Below, one piece after another: positions 10,323 to 20,853 of a stretch of DNA of 48,041 nucleotides. A model generated the notes under the pieces. It saw only the letters and a program-made list of their open reading frames with translations. It was not told where the DNA came from and made no database searches. Positions within the stretch are counted from its first letter, which is position 1. Every line of letters begins with the position of its first letter. A program made the translations under genes and the position numbers. The stretch lies in IMG/VR virus record IMGVR_UViG_2721755720_000004; one strand, given 5' to 3'. Source of the stretch: a virus. Taxonomy: Duplodnaviria; Heunggongvirae; Uroviricota; Caudoviricetes.

Positions 10323-12901
10323 CGCCCACCTCCGGAGAACATACCGCCATCACGCATCTGTGCCTGGATCTCATCACGGGCTCCCTTACGGGCCATGTCA
10401 TAAACCAGCACCAGTGCCTGCGGACCGATACTGCCATTCGTGGCATCATTCTGAATCACCACATTGTTGTTCTGATTAAAACTGATACCATCTGCCCGCC
10501 GCATCTGAGCCTGACTTCCGGAACCACCCACATAACCGCCATCCGCATACCCCCGCATCAGGCGGTACAGGTTGCCGACACCAATCCGGCTGGTTGCCTC
10601 CTTCGTGAACACAAACTCACCACGGTGAACAATCCCCGCAGGCTCATATTTTCCGCCAGTGCCGGTGAATCCACCGGTCGCAAAATGAAAGTTTGCTGCC
10701 GCAGCCTGAATGGCTGTCCCCGTGGAAGCTGACGCGCCAGCACCACCAATGGCTCCCCCGATGGCGCTGCCGATACTCCCGACAATCCCCACCATGGCCT
10801 GTTTAATCAGGATTTCCGTCATCATGGACAGCACCGAACGGGTGAAACTGCGCCAGTTCTGTTCACTGCCGGTCAGCATTGCCGCCATATTCTGTGCAAT
10901 ACCATCAAAGGTCTGCGTTGCAGCACTTTTAACCTGCGAAAAACTGTCCGTCGCACTTTCAACCCACTCACCCCAGCCAGACTTAAACCCGGCCAGCCAG
11001 TCACTGCGCAGCATATCTTCATCCGCCCATGTCTGCTTCAGTGCCCCGGTGACCTGTGCCAGCGCCTGCGGATTATCGCGGTACACGTCACGAAGACGCT
11101 GCTCTTCAGACTCACGCTGCGCCTGACGATCGGTGAGACCGCGGGCTTTTGCGCTGATGGCCGCCTGCTTCGCGCTCTGCTGCTCTTCAAACCGCGCTGC
11201 CTGCTGTGCCAGCTCATTCAGCCGTTTCTGGTATTCAACCTTGTCGCCCAGGTCAGCCAGCTGGCGTTTGTACTCCAGCGTCTCTTTCTCATGGGCCAGC
11301 AGGGATTTTTCCTGCTCAGATAACTGCCGTTTCGTGGCGGCCTCTTTCAGGACCGCATACTGATTTTCCGCTTTCCATAAATCCCGGCGCTGCTGGCTGA
11401 TTTTCTCATTCGTACCACTGTGTTTTTCCAGCGTCCGGAGCTCGGTATCAAGCGCCAGCAGGGCAGCATGCGCCTGGTCTTCCTGACGCTCACCGGCTGA
11501 CACTTTTACACCTGACGACTTCGGCTTTTTCAGCGTCGCTTCATAATCCTTTTTCGCAGCCGCCATCAGCGTGTTGTAATCTGCCTGCAGGATTTTCCCA
11601 TCTTTCAGTGCCTTCTTCAGTTCCTTCTGGCGGGCGGTATATTTATCCAGCGGCGTCTGCAGGCGTTCATATGCCTTCTGCACCTCTTCGGTGTACTTCA
11701 GCCGTGAGGCCTCTGATTCAGCCCGATCCCGTGCCGCCATTTCGCTGGCTTTTTCCAGGTCTGCCTGCAGTGTCGCCGCTGAAAGACCGAGGCGGGCGTT
11801 TTCGCGGTCGTCCCATGCGCCGCGCAGATTAGAAAGATACGCTGACGTTTTTCCGCGCCGGTTACTGCGACTCTGATACCATTGCCATTTTTTATCCGCC
11901 TCATCGAATGCCTGCTGTGCCTTATTCAGCATTTCTGCAGATGACTCAGGACGCCCGATATCCAGCACTGCATCCCACATGGATTTAAACGCACTGCCGA
12001 CTTTATCCGCCCAGGTCTCCAGCGTTCCCATATTCGCTTTCAGGCGGCGGGTCTGCTCATCAAACCCTTTTGTGGCGGCCTCGTTTGCGGCCTGCAATGC
12101 CCCGGCCTCATCACCGGAACGCTGCAGTTGCGCAACATACGCAATCTGCTCTGCCGTCACGTTACGGAACTGGCGCGCCATCGCCATCAGCCCCGACGTC
12201 GGGTCGGTGGTCAGTTTTCCGAAAGCCTCTGCAATCTTGTCCACTTCCACACCGGATGCAGAAGCAAAACGCGCCACACTCTGATTAATGGCATCAAACT
12301 GTTCACCACCACGCACACCGGCATTCACCAGTGCTGCCAGTGACTCACTCGCCTGATTAAACGTCAGCCCTGCTGCCTGTCCTGCTCTGGAGAGAGTCAG
12401 CATGCGATCTGCGGTCAGCCCGGACTGATTACCGGAAAGAACCAGGGTTTTATTAAACGCTGAAAGCGTGGAGTCCCCCTGGTACCAGGCATACGCCAGC
12501 GCCCCGGTTGCTGCAACGAGTGATGTGATCCCGACAGCAGGCAGCGTGACGGCACCAGCAAGGCTCCGGAACATGGGGATCAGCCCACCGAAGGAGTCCT
12601 TCACCTGTCCGCCCTGCTGCAGCAGGATCAACCACGGACTCTGACCACCGGCAAGCTGCGTGGCGATATCCGTGAACTGTGCGGGCAGGGTACGCATGGC
12701 TGCTTTATACTGCCCGACGGAAATCCCGGCTTTTTGTGCGGCCAGCGCCTGACGGTTCAGACTCTGCTCAACGGCACCGGCGGTTTTTCTGGCGTCGGTA
12801 TCCAGTCCTGAAAAATGACGCCTTACCCGGCTCATCTGCTCATCGAAACGGGCCGCATCCAGACTCAGGTCAATAACAAGATCACCAACCGGCTGGGACA
12901 T
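10319..12901 (-). CDS. H: tail tape measure protein H
   Basis: 860 aa; coiled-coil-rich centre and Gly-rich C-terminal region; N-terminus MSQPVGDLVIDLSLDAARFDEQ as in lambda H; position after G/GT. Confidence 0.95.
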   Translation of the reverse strand: MSQPVGDLVIDLSLDAARFDEQMSRVRRHFSGLDTDARKTAGAVEQSLNRQALAAQKAGISVGQYKAAMRTLPAQFTDIATQLAGGQSPWLILLQQGGQVKDSFGGLIPMFRSLAGAVTLPAVGITSLVAATGALAYAWYQGDSTLSAFNKTLVLSGNQSGLTADRMLTLSRAGQAAGLTFNQASESLAALVNAGVRGGEQFDAINQSVARFASASGVEVDKIAEAFGKLTTDPTSGLMAMARQFRNVTAEQIAYVAQLQRSGDEAGALQAANEAATKGFDEQTRRLKANMGTLETWADKVGSAFKSMWDAVLDIGRPESSAEMLNKAQQAFDEADKKWQWYQSRSNRRGKTSAYLSNLRGAWDDRENARLGLSAATLQADLEKASEMAARDRAESEASRLKYTEEVQKAYERLQTPLDKYTARQKELKKALKDGKILQADYNTLMAAAKKDYEATLKKPKSSGVKVSAGERQEDQAHAALLALDTELRTLEKHSGTNEKISQQRRDLWKAENQYAVLKEAATKRQLSEQEKSLLAHEKETLEYKRQLADLGDKVEYQKRLNELAQQAARFEEQQSAKQAAISAKARGLTDRQAQRESEEQRLRDVYRDNPQALAQVTGALKQTWADEDMLRSDWLAGFKSGWGEWVESATDSFSQVKSAATQTFDGIAQNMAAMLTGSEQNWRSFTRSVLSMMTEILIKQAMVGIVGSIGSAIGGAIGGAGASASTGTAIQAAAANFHFATGGFTGTGGKYEPAGIVHRGEFVFTKEATSRIGVGNLYRLMRGYADGGYVGGSGSQAQMRRADGISFNQNNNVVIQNDATNGSIGPQALVLVYDMARKGARDEIQAQMRDGGMFSGGGR

Positions 12902-13753
12902 ATCTCACACCTCCTGAAATCCCCGCTGAAGCCATCATTAATGCAACATCATCCTCGCTGACATCCACCACATCTGCAGAAGGTGAAATATCGCCCCCTC
13001 CCTCCCCACCGAACCGGACGCCTCCGGCAAGTCCTGCCGCTTTCTGCATCAGCATGTCTTCCTCATCCGGCATCTCCGTCTGCTCTTCCTCTCGCCGGGG
13101 AGCCAGCAGACTGAAATCCGAGGGATGCATATCCGGATCGCAAAAAAACAGGCTGAGTACGGCGTACATCAGCCCGGAAAAATGCATATCCAGTTGGGTA
13201 TCCTGAAAATAATGCGTGCGGTAAAAATGTCGCCAGTCGGCATATTCGGTGGATGTCATCCCGGCAAGCATGGCGCGCCAGTCAGGCCTCCCCATCTCAC
13301 GCGCCAGTCTGAGGGCAAAATTCAGCTCGCCGTCGAAAACTTTCCCGCAGAAAAATCATCATCAGTAAGCACGTTATTTTTCGCCACTTCGGTGATATCA
13401 GTATCCGTATGAACAGGCTCGCTCATCCCGGACAGATGCAACACCACATCTTCCGCCCGGGCAATGGCATCGGCAGGCCAGGTGGTGAGCACTTCCTGCT
13501 CGATCTGCATCACGGCCTCATTCATGGACGGCATCTGCGTTTTCTGTGGATGGTTATGCCACAGGGACATCGCCACCAGAAACGCGCCGGTTCTGACGAG
13601 ATCTTCCACGCTCACCTGCAGGTTACCGCTGGCTTCAGCCTGTTCTGCACGCCGTTTCAGCAGGGCAAGATGCTCAATACGCTGCAGCGCAGACAGCTCA
13701 GAAAGCGTGACGGACACACCGTTATATTCAAATTGTTCTGTTTTCAGAAACAT
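12882..13753 (-). CDS. GT: tail assembly chaperone G-T fusion made by programmed -1 ribosomal frameshift
   Basis: The -1 frame downstream of G is open to 12882 (T segment); the slippery site GGGAAAG sits at the G/T junction exactly as in lambda. Fusion coordinates are approximate. Confidence 0.7.
13322..13753 (-). CDS. G: tail assembly chaperone G
   Basis: 143 aa, MFLKTEQFEYNGVSVTLSELSALQRIEH resembles lambda G; the slippery heptamer lies at its 3' end. Confidence 0.9.
   Translation of the reverse strand: MFLKTEQFEYNGVSVTLSELSALQRIEHLALLKRRAEQAEASGNLQVSVEDLVRTGAFLVAMSLWHNHPQKTQMPSMNEAVMQIEQEVLTTWPADAIARAEDVVLHLSGMSEPVHTDTDITEVAKNNVLTDDDFSAGKFSTAS
13340..13346 (-). promoter_or_regulatory. 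-1 frameshift slippery heptamer G GGA AAG
   Basis: Minus-strand sequence CTGCGGGAAAGTTTTCG; G reads ...GCG GGA AAG TTT... (AGKF) and a -1 slip enters the T frame. Confidence 0.75.
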
Positions 13754-13772
13754 GCTTTATCACTCCCTCAGC

Positions 13773-14522
13773 TTAACCCGCTGCGCCATCCGTGACGGTA
13801 ATTTCCGCCACTGCCGCAAACTCACCATTGCCGGTGACAACAGGGATCTGCGCTTTACCCGCCGCAACACCTTTCACCGTGATTGTGTTCCCCTTCACGG
13901 TAATGGTGGCGAAATTCTGATTTGCCGACGTGGCACGGAAGGTTTTATCCGTCACCCCTTCCGGCTGAACGGCCACGGTCAGGGTGATACTCTGACCTTT
14001 TGCCACATTGCCCGTTGGTGGCGTCACAGTAATCCCCGTGACCGGTGTGATGTCACCCCGATCCTCCGCCAGCGAAGGACGACCGATATTGGTGATCTTC
14101 ACGGTACGGGTGATCACCTCTTTGGCGGTCACCGCTTTACCAATGGCACTCACCCAGCCACGGAACACATCCACCGTGCCATTCGGGAAGCGGATTTTGT
14201 AAGCCCGGGTCTCGCTGCTGTCAAACCAGGCTATCAAATCACGCTGTCCTTGCTCACCCGGTTTCCAGGCCAGCGTAAAACTGGTGTCACCCGCGGATTT
14301 CTGTCCCTGCCCGGTGGATACCCAGTCGGCATCCTCATCATCCAGATAGTTATCGTCGTAGGATTCCGCCGTCATCTCGCCGGGGGTCAGATCCTTTATT
14401 TTTGCCAGACGCGTCCACTCATCATCTGACAACGGGTTTGCATAAGCATCACCCTTGCCGGTGTAAACCCAGAGCGTGGTGCCGGAACCTTTTACCGGCG
14501 CCAGGGGATTTGGTGTTGCCAT
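13773..14522 (-). CDS. V: major tail protein V (with C-terminal Ig-like domain)
   Basis: 249 aa; GTTLWVY...[24 protein letters not shown] and [16 protein letters not shown] match lambda V. Confidence 0.95.
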   Translation of the reverse strand: MATPNPLAPVKGSGTTLWVYTGKGDAYANPLSDDEWTRLAKIKDLTPGEMTAESYDDNYLDDEDADWVSTGQGQKSAGDTSFTLAWKPGEQGQRDLIAWFDSSETRAYKIRFPNGTVDVFRGWVSAIGKAVTAKEVITRTVKITNIGRPSLAEDRGDITPVTGITVTPPTGNVAKGQSITLTVAVQPEGVTDKTFRATSANQNFATITVKGNTITVKGVAAGKAQIPVVTGNGEFAAVAEITVTDGAAG

Positions 14523-14529
14523 ATCGTCC

Positions 14530-14925
14530 TCACATTTCGTAGGTAATGGAATAAGTCAGATCAGCAGAACTCCACAATGCCATATCGTCATCACGACGAT
14601 ACTCATAGCCCTGCGTAACCATCGTGGTAATCATGCCTGCCAGTGCAGGGATCGCCGCCATCGCCGGGTAAATCCGGCTTTCCATCCACTGATCAAGCTC
14701 TGAATCCGGTACCTGTGCCGGTAAAAACACCTCAATATGCAGTGTGGCCCGCCAGGTATCTGCATCCAGCTCTTCACCGGTATACTCTGCATCCGTCAGA
14801 TAAACCGCGACCGCCGGAAAATCCTCTTCGTCAAAAACAACGGGGCGACCATCAAACAGCGTCGCCCCGTGTTCATGCTGCTCGAGTGCATCCAGCACTG
14901 CGGCACGAATATCAGTATGTTTCAT
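14530..14925 (-). CDS. U: tail terminator protein U
   Basis: 131 aa, [15 protein letters not shown]...LTYSITYEM resembles lambda U. Confidence 0.9.
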   Translation of the reverse strand: MKHTDIRAAVLDALEQHEHGATLFDGRPVVFDEEDFPAVAVYLTDAEYTGEELDADTWRATLHIEVFLPAQVPDSELDQWMESRIYPAMAAIPALAGMITTMVTQGYEYRRDDDMALWSSADLTYSITYEM

Positions 14926-15500
14926 CGTTTTATCGCAATCCTCAGTTGTTGTTTCAGCGCGTATGACAGTTCTTCTGGCAGGCGTTCACGCCGGATACGT
15001 TCAATATTCTGTTTAAATGCTGTGGTCAGCGGCACCGCCATCGGGATTTTTACCACATCAATGGGGTAACGGTTTTTCCCGGCCACACGCTGCATGACAT
15101 GCCACCGGCCATTTTTCAGTTGCTGAATAAACGCGCCGGGAATGCGACGGTTACCCACCACAAGCACACTGCCGCCACCTTTCAGGGATGAACGCTGCCC
15201 CTTTTTACGTCGCCTGCGTCGGGACAGGACAACCCGCGCATTACCCAGCCTGATTACGGGCAAATCCCCCCGGTTAACTTTGATTCTGACCTGAGGATTT
15301 TTAACCGTGGCCCTTTTCAGCCTGGCCCTTCCCTTTACCAGTTTCCGGCGTACCTTTGTCTCACGGGCAACCTGTGACGCCGACTGATTTATTGCCGTTG
15401 TGGCCACACTGTTAATGGCCATTGCTGAAGCAGCAGGAATGGCGTTTTTACGAAACCGGCTCAGATTGTCAATAGCCTGATCAAGCCCTTTTATCACCAT
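14922..15500 (-). CDS. Z: tail completion protein Z
   Basis: 192 aa with the basic RRRRRKKGQRSSLKGGG segment typical of lambda Z. Confidence 0.9.
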   Translation of the reverse strand: MVIKGLDQAIDNLSRFRKNAIPAASAMAINSVATTAINQSASQVARETKVRRKLVKGRARLKRATVKNPQVRIKVNRGDLPVIRLGNARVVLSRRRRRKKGQRSSLKGGGSVLVVGNRRIPGAFIQQLKNGRWHVMQRVAGKNRYPIDVVKIPMAVPLTTAFKQNIERIRRERLPEELSYALKQQLRIAIKR

Positions 15501-15514
15501 AATTCACCCTGCGT

Positions 15515-15868
15515 TTATCGTCGCCGGTTAACAGCCGGTGGTTCCCCACGGTTGAGCCAGAGATAACAACTGCCCCCGTCATCCGGAGATACACGATCCA
15601 CCCAGAACATCTCGCCGTTAATGGTCAGCGTGTCACCACGCCGCACAGCACGAACCGTATCCGTCCGCACAAATAATGACGGGCTGCTTCCTTCAATACG
15701 GACCCCGCCACCTGCAAACCCCAGCGACTCCGGATCGTCAAAAACCCCCTGAACTTCGCCGCCACGTTGTGCACCGGATGTGAACTGCGCACGGATCCCC
15801 ATCACTTCAACGATCGTACTGTCCACCCCGGCGAGGGCAGCATCAAAGGCATTCTGAAAATCACGCAT
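15515..15868 (-). CDS. FII: head-tail connector protein FII
   Basis: 117 aa ending ...VDRVSPDDGGSCYLWLNRGEPPAVNRRR as in lambda FII. Confidence 0.9.
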   Translation of the reverse strand: MRDFQNAFDAALAGVDSTIVEVMGIRAQFTSGAQRGGEVQGVFDDPESLGFAGGGVRIEGSSPSLFVRTDTVRAVRRGDTLTINGEMFWVDRVSPDDGGSCYLWLNRGEPPAVNRRR

Positions 15869-16244
15869 ACTCAGCCGTTCCGTGCTGTATCATGGCCGTT
15901 GCCAGTGATGATGGCACCAGAACACGCATACCCCGTAACGCCAGCTCAACGGGACGACCTGTCTCCGGGCAATACCCCATCACTTGCAGGCACTTCCGTA
16001 CCCGGACGGCTTTAACATCATCCGGAGCATCAGTGTTGTTCAACTGCTCACCATCGTCTGTGTAATTTTGATCAGACCCGCTCTCATCAGAGTGCATAAT
16101 GCCTTCCGGTGAAACAGCAAGCTCCTCTTCCCACTCAGACACACGTTGAGCAATATCCGCTGCACTCCCCGACATATCCACCTCGCGCCCCAGCAGGCCA
16201 GCCAGTTCACGAAGACGTTTCTGATTTTCTTCTTTTGTTGCCAT
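15861..16244 (-). CDS. FI: DNA-packaging / head-assembly protein FI-like
   Basis: Called by position between E and FII; start set at MATKEENQKRL, which is preceded by a GGGGG ribosome-binding site; acidic centre. Confidence 0.6.
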   Translation of the reverse strand: MATKEENQKRLRELAGLLGREVDMSGSAADIAQRVSEWEEELAVSPEGIMHSDESGSDQNYTDDGEQLNNTDAPDDVKAVRVRKCLQVMGYCPETGRPVELALRGMRVLVPSSLATAMIQHGTAEYA

Positions 16245-16295
16245 CTCAGCCCCCTGTGAAAAAAGACACGGGGGCATATCGCCCCCACTCACGGA

Positions 16296-17324
16296 TTATT
16301 TCACCTGTACCACCACAAACTCATCCGGATCCGGCAGCACCATCAGCGGAGCGGACTGCGTCATGGTGAATTCACGGGCCGGATCGCCAACGGTCAGCCA
16401 GTGTTTCGGATAACGGGAAGAGGCCACCACACCTTCGGACAACGCCTGCGCATCCTGAATGGCACCATAGCAACGGATGCCATCAGCAACCGTATTTCCC
16501 AGGACCAGCGTGCCCTCCGGCAGATAACGTTTTTCGGTACCGTCCTCTGCCACATAAGACGTTTTCGCCACCACAATGGCCAGATCACCGTAATACCCTT
16601 TGAAAGACACCACCGACCCCAAGTCTTTCACTGCCGTTTCGAGTTGTGAATTTGAGCCGCGACGGGTATCCAGTTTTTCGCGGAACAGCTTAAAGCCATT
16701 CAGCAGACGCCAGATCGTACCGTCCATAATGGCGATATTCACAAGGCCGCTGGCCTGATCGCAGTAGAGGTCAATATCATGCGTCGGATCAAACGTATCA
16801 CGGTCCTGCTCAGACCATTTTTTACCGTCAGCCTGCTCAATGTTATTTCCTTCAGAGCGCCCGAAATCCACCTCGACAGTATCAAACAGCTCCCCTTCCA
16901 TGGTGTATTTGCCATACAGCACGGCATTCACCGCCTGCATTTCTTCCACCTGGACAATGGCGTGCTCTTCCTGTTTGAGGTTATCGGTGATGATACGCAG
17001 ACGACGGTAGGTCGGGTCGTTCAGCTGCGCCGGATCTTCACCGGGAAGGCGCTCCACCGCCTGCTGGTAATTAAATTCGTGTTTCGGCTTGACGTAGCCC
17101 GGACGCAACACGCGGGTTTCACCACCACGATGACGCAGCACTTTTCCTTCAACAACCGGGGAGACATAGGCTGCCACCGGCGTTTTTCCGGTAATTTTGT
17201 CCAGCATCACCTCTTCGGTGTGGAAATTCACCGTACGGCGGAAAAACAGTTCCAGAAACAGCGCACGAAATTTAACTTTTTGTTCGGTATAACCGAGTAA
17301 CTGGCGGGTCGTAAACAATCCCAT
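16296..17324 (-). CDS. E: major capsid protein E
   Basis: 342 aa; KLDTRRGSNSQLETAVKDLG and GDPAREFTMTQSAPLM motifs typical of lambda E. Confidence 0.95.
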   Translation of the reverse strand: MGLFTTRQLLGYTEQKVKFRALFLELFFRRTVNFHTEEVMLDKITGKTPVAAYVSPVVEGKVLRHRGGETRVLRPGYVKPKHEFNYQQAVERLPGEDPAQLNDPTYRRLRIITDNLKQEEHAIVQVEEMQAVNAVLYGKYTMEGELFDTVEVDFGRSEGNNIEQADGKKWSEQDRDTFDPTHDIDLYCDQASGLVNIAIMDGTIWRLLNGFKLFREKLDTRRGSNSQLETAVKDLGSVVSFKGYYGDLAIVVAKTSYVAEDGTEKRYLPEGTLVLGNTVADGIRCYGAIQDAQALSEGVVASSRYPKHWLTVGDPAREFTMTQSAPLMVLPDPDEFVVVQVK

Positions 17325-17381
17325 AAATCAGTTCCTTTCATTCAGAAATCAGTCAGGCCAACGCAGTGGCCTGATAACGTG

Positions 17382-17729
17382 TTACGGCAGCGCCGCGTGA
17401 CTCAGGGCTGTGCCGACAAAGGCATTGGCCTTTTTGTGTTCATCCACACTTTCAGGCCAGCGGATTGCCTCCGTCGCAAAGGTCCCCGACTTGTAATACG
17501 TCAGCGCCGTCTCTGTGCCTTCAAGCGGCAGTACCAGTATGCCAACCGCACTACCGGCTTTCTGTCCGTCCCAGACCACCAGTTTCCCGCTGGCTTCATC
17601 CAGCATCAGGGGTGTCAGTGCCGGTGTTGCCTGAGAAATCCCGCTGCTGCCTGTGACGGTATGAGCCGGATCATTACCGGCAAAAATACGTACTTCCGCA
17701 CGTTGTTCAGTGATGGTTTTCGTCACCAT
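17382..17729 (-). CDS. D: head decoration protein D
   Basis: 115 aa; NDPAHTVTG...TPLMLD...KLVVWDG...AVGILV resembles lambda D. Confidence 0.9.
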   Translation of the reverse strand: MVTKTITEQRAEVRIFAGNDPAHTVTGSSGISQATPALTPLMLDEASGKLVVWDGQKAGSAVGILVLPLEGTETALTYYKSGTFATEAIRWPESVDEHKKANAFVGTALSHAALP

Positions 17730-17765
17730 ATTGTAAAAACCTCATATTGATGGTCAGCACTGACT

Positions 17766-19271
17766 TCATGGCATGGCCATGAGCATTTTCACGTCCGCAT
17801 CACCGTCTGCCGACGTCTGTGACACGCCCCCCTGTACCGCTGCCGGTGAATGGTTCGCCATGAAATGTTCAAACAGGGCGGTTGTTGATGCAGAAACCGG
17901 CTCTGCCTTACCTGATCCCGCAGCCAGCACAGCCCGGGCGCTCTCCACAGTCATTCCCGGGCAGGCCGCCAGTTTTTCAGCCTGCACCTCAGCCCCTTTT
18001 GCCTCATCCAGAGCCATGATCTGATCACGGAGTGAGAGGCCGGCATCCGCCTGCGGTGAAGCAGCCAGGATCGGGCGGGCTTTTTCCACCGTCATCTCCG
18101 GCATCGCCGCCAGCGTTGCCGCCAGTTGTTCACGACCTTTCGCCTCTTCACACGCCATAATGCGATCGGCTTCACTCTGCTCGGATGCCACCGGCTGCTG
18201 TGGTGCTGCCGCGGCCAGAATCGCCCGGGCCTGTTCAACGCTCATGCCCTGTTGTCCTGCCAGCACCGTGGCAAGCTGTTCACGTCCTTTCGCTTCCTGA
18301 CTCGTCAGGATCCCCATCACTCGCTGGTTCTCCTGCGCGGCAGCTTCCGTTGCGGTTAATTGCGGCATAGTGCCTCCTGTATCATGTGTGTTCAGCGCCG
18401 CAGCCATCACACTGATGGCATCCGACGCATTGATTAATTCATCCGCCAGCCCGGCCTCAATACCGGACTGACCTTCAAAAACGGCAGCCTCTGTCCCCGT
18501 GACCGCATCCACAGACAGCCCGGTATACATCGCCACTTTTTCGGCAAACATACGGTGTGCCGCATCAATGCGCTGCTGCATGTCCTGACGCACCTCTGCC
18601 GGTAAGGCTTCAAACTGATTGCCATCCACCTTGTGCGCCCCGGCATAAATCAGCGTGATATCCACTCCGGCCTGCGCCAGATGACCGGCATAGCTGACAT
18701 GGCTCATCATCACGCCAATAGAGCCGATACGGGATGTCTGGGTAACCAGCCGTCGGGAACAGGCCGACGCCAGCAGCATGGCCGCAGAACAGGCCGTGTC
18801 ATTACACAGTGCCCAGACCGGCTTCTGCTGCCGGAGGCGGTAAATCATGTCAGCGCAGTCAAACGCGCCGGCGGCCTGCCCGCCCGGACTGTCAATGTCC
18901 AGCAGTACGCCCCGCACCTGGCTATCCGCCATTGCCTGCTGAAGACAGGCGACAATACCGTCATAGCCTGTCATTCCGGAAAATGGCCGCATACCACCCA
19001 GCCGGTGCACCAGCGTGCCGGTCACCGGCAGTACAGCAATACCGTTCACCACCCTGTAAACACGGGCCGGTCGTTTACCTCCGGCCATGTACTCGTCCGT
19101 TTCAGCCAGCATTCCGGGAGCATCAAACTGTACCTGCTGTTGTGGTACCGAAAGACTTGCTGCCCCCATCTCGCGCCCGAGCGCGCAAAAGAAAACCCGC
19201 GCATAGGCGGGCTCCAGAAGCAGCGGTTCATTGAATGCTGCGGCAATAATGTGTGAAAGATTACGTCTCAC
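17766..19271 (-). CDS. C: head maturation protease / scaffold C (S49 ClpP-like fold) with in-frame Nu3-like C-terminal region
   Basis: 501 aa; N-terminus NEPLLLEPAYARVFFCAL and SIGVMMSH serine-peptidase region as in lambda C; C-terminal third holds three tandem ~34-aa repeats. Confidence 0.9.
   Translation of the reverse strand: MRRNLSHIIAAAFNEPLLLEPAYARVFFCALGREMGAASLSVPQQQVQFDAPGMLAETDEYMAGGKRPARVYRVVNGIAVLPVTGTLVHRLGGMRPFSGMTGYDGIVACLQQAMADSQVRGVLLDIDSPGGQAAGAFDCADMIYRLRQQKPVWALCNDTACSAAMLLASACSRRLVTQTSRIGSIGVMMSHVSYAGHLAQAGVDITLIYAGAHKVDGNQFEALPAEVRQDMQQRIDAAHRMFAEKVAMYTGLSVDAVTGTEAAVFEGQSGIEAGLADELINASDAISVMAAALNTHDTGGTMPQLTATEAAAQENQRVMGILTSQEAKGREQLATVLAGQQGMSVEQARAILAAAAPQQPVASEQSEADRIMACEEAKGREQLAATLAAMPEMTVEKARPILAASPQADAGLSLRDQIMALDEAKGAEVQAEKLAACPGMTVESARAVLAAGSGKAEPVSASTTALFEHFMANHSPAAVQGGVSQTSADGDADVKMLMAMP
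17980..18350 (-). repeat. three tandem ~100-bp in-frame repeats in the scaffold (Nu3-like) part of C
   Basis: Protein repeats QEAKGREQLATVLAGQQGMSVEQARAILAAAAP / EEAKGREQLAATLAAMPEMTVEKARPILAASPQ / DEAKGAEVQAEKLAACPGMTVESARAVLAAGSG; boundaries approximate. Confidence 0.7.
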
Positions 19272-20853
19272 GTGGTGTTGTCTCCTCTTCCGGCCTGCGA
19301 CTCTCCGCTATCTGCTGCTGATACGCCTGCGCTATCCACACCGGACGTGAGAGTCCGGCTTTTTGCCGCTCTGCAGATTCCCTGACCTGCTGGCGGAAAA
19401 TGTCCTGATAATCCTCGCCCATTAGCGCCAGCTCTTTCTCATACGTGCTCAGTCCGGCCTCAATGCGCATCACTGATTCCTGGACTTCCTTGAGCCCGTC
19501 AATGGCCATTCTTCCTGCACCAATCCACTCTGCCCGTGACCAGGCTGATCGCGCCTGATAAAAATCAAAACGTGCCCGTGGCGGATGAATAATCCCCCGA
19601 AGAAGTGCCTCTTCCAGCCAGCAGGAAAACATCTGCGTGGCCAGCCGGGCCGCAATAAATTTTCGCCGCCCCATAAAATAGCGCCACGACTCATTGGCGG
19701 AGGCGCGGGCACTTGAGTAACTGACCTTCGAGTAATCACGGGACAACTGTTCGTAGGAAACCCCAAGACCGGCGGCGATATACCGCAGCAGCGCCTGTTC
19801 AAGCGCAGAAAATCCATTGTCTGAATCCTGCGCTGTCTGTAGTTTCAGATCATCCCCGGGGAAAAGGTGCGGAATTTTGACACCGCCCAGCGTCACGCTA
19901 TTCGTGTCATACCAGGTGGAGAACTTCTCCAGAATATTCATAAGCGGATTATCCTTCTGCCCCTGCGGCGCACCAGCGATATATTCAAAGGCCTTTTCGG
20001 TATCAAGGTCACTTTCAATCGTCGCTGCATACATGGCTTTGACAATGGCCGACTGAAGCTGTGTTGCCTGCAGGGAATCGAGCATCTTCAGCCGTTCCAT
20101 GACGCTGTAAAACTGATTGGCCCCACGGGTCTGCCCGTCCTCCACCGGCTCGAAAATATGCAGCATGGCCGGACGCCCGGTGGGAAGTTCACGCGGGATC
20201 CGTTCCCATCGTCCACTACCAGAGAACGGAAAATCATCCTCACAGATATGGTACGCGACGGCACGGCCATATCGATCGACCTCCACACCGGCCCGCAGAA
20301 AACGGTTCCCCATACCGTGTCCAGGCGTGTCCACCCGTTTCGGACTCACGGCTTTAAAACGCGTACGGAATAACTGCGTGGTTTCCGTATCCCAGACCGG
20401 CTGCACAAAGATTTCGCCGTTAAACGCATGAACGCCCACACCTTCACGGATAAATTCCGTGAACGTGCGTTTTCCTTCCACGTCGATCTCGCCAAACATC
20501 CCTTCGGCGTATTCCGACCAGGCCGCCTCCACCTCATCGACAAAGCTTTTTGCTGCGGTCTCCCGCATCCCCAGCCAGCGCCAGTTCGGACGGTAGCTGA
20601 TCAGAAACATATGCCCGACAATGTGATCCTTATGCAGAGCCACCGCATTAGCCGCTATTCCGTTATTGCGCACCAGATCATCTGCCCGGGCATTCCCCAG
20701 ACGCAACGCGGGCAGCAGGGCCGCATCGGCACTCTGCGCCGGTGGCAACCACTCAGCCATTTGCCCGCCAAATCCTGCACCGCCCCCGTTGTAGCTGAGA
20801 CTCTCACGAAGCGGAACGCCGTTCACATCAATCAGGACAGGCGTTCGTTTCAT
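19261..20853 (-). CDS. B: portal protein B
   Basis: Start set at MKRTPVLIDVNGVPL; length and sequence typical of lambda-family portal; lies between W and C. Confidence 0.95.
   Translation of the reverse strand: MKRTPVLIDVNGVPLRESLSYNGGGAGFGGQMAEWLPPAQSADAALLPALRLGNARADDLVRNNGIAANAVALHKDHIVGHMFLISYRPNWRWLGMRETAAKSFVDEVEAAWSEYAEGMFGEIDVEGKRTFTEFIREGVGVHAFNGEIFVQPVWDTETTQLFRTRFKAVSPKRVDTPGHGMGNRFLRAGVEVDRYGRAVAYHICEDDFPFSGSGRWERIPRELPTGRPAMLHIFEPVEDGQTRGANQFYSVMERLKMLDSLQATQLQSAIVKAMYAATIESDLDTEKAFEYIAGAPQGQKDNPLMNILEKFSTWYDTNSVTLGGVKIPHLFPGDDLKLQTAQDSDNGFSALEQALLRYIAAGLGVSYEQLSRDYSKVSYSSARASANESWRYFMGRRKFIAARLATQMFSCWLEEALLRGIIHPPRARFDFYQARSAWSRAEWIGAGRMAIDGLKEVQESVMRIEAGLSTYEKELALMGEDYQDIFRQQVRESAERQKAGLSRPVWIAQAYQQQIAESRRPEEETTPRET

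Noticed and set aside
10710-12343. Several 60-140-aa plus-strand ORFs
   Set aside because: All are antisense within the tape measure gene H, with biased Ala/Ser/Arg composition and no start signals.
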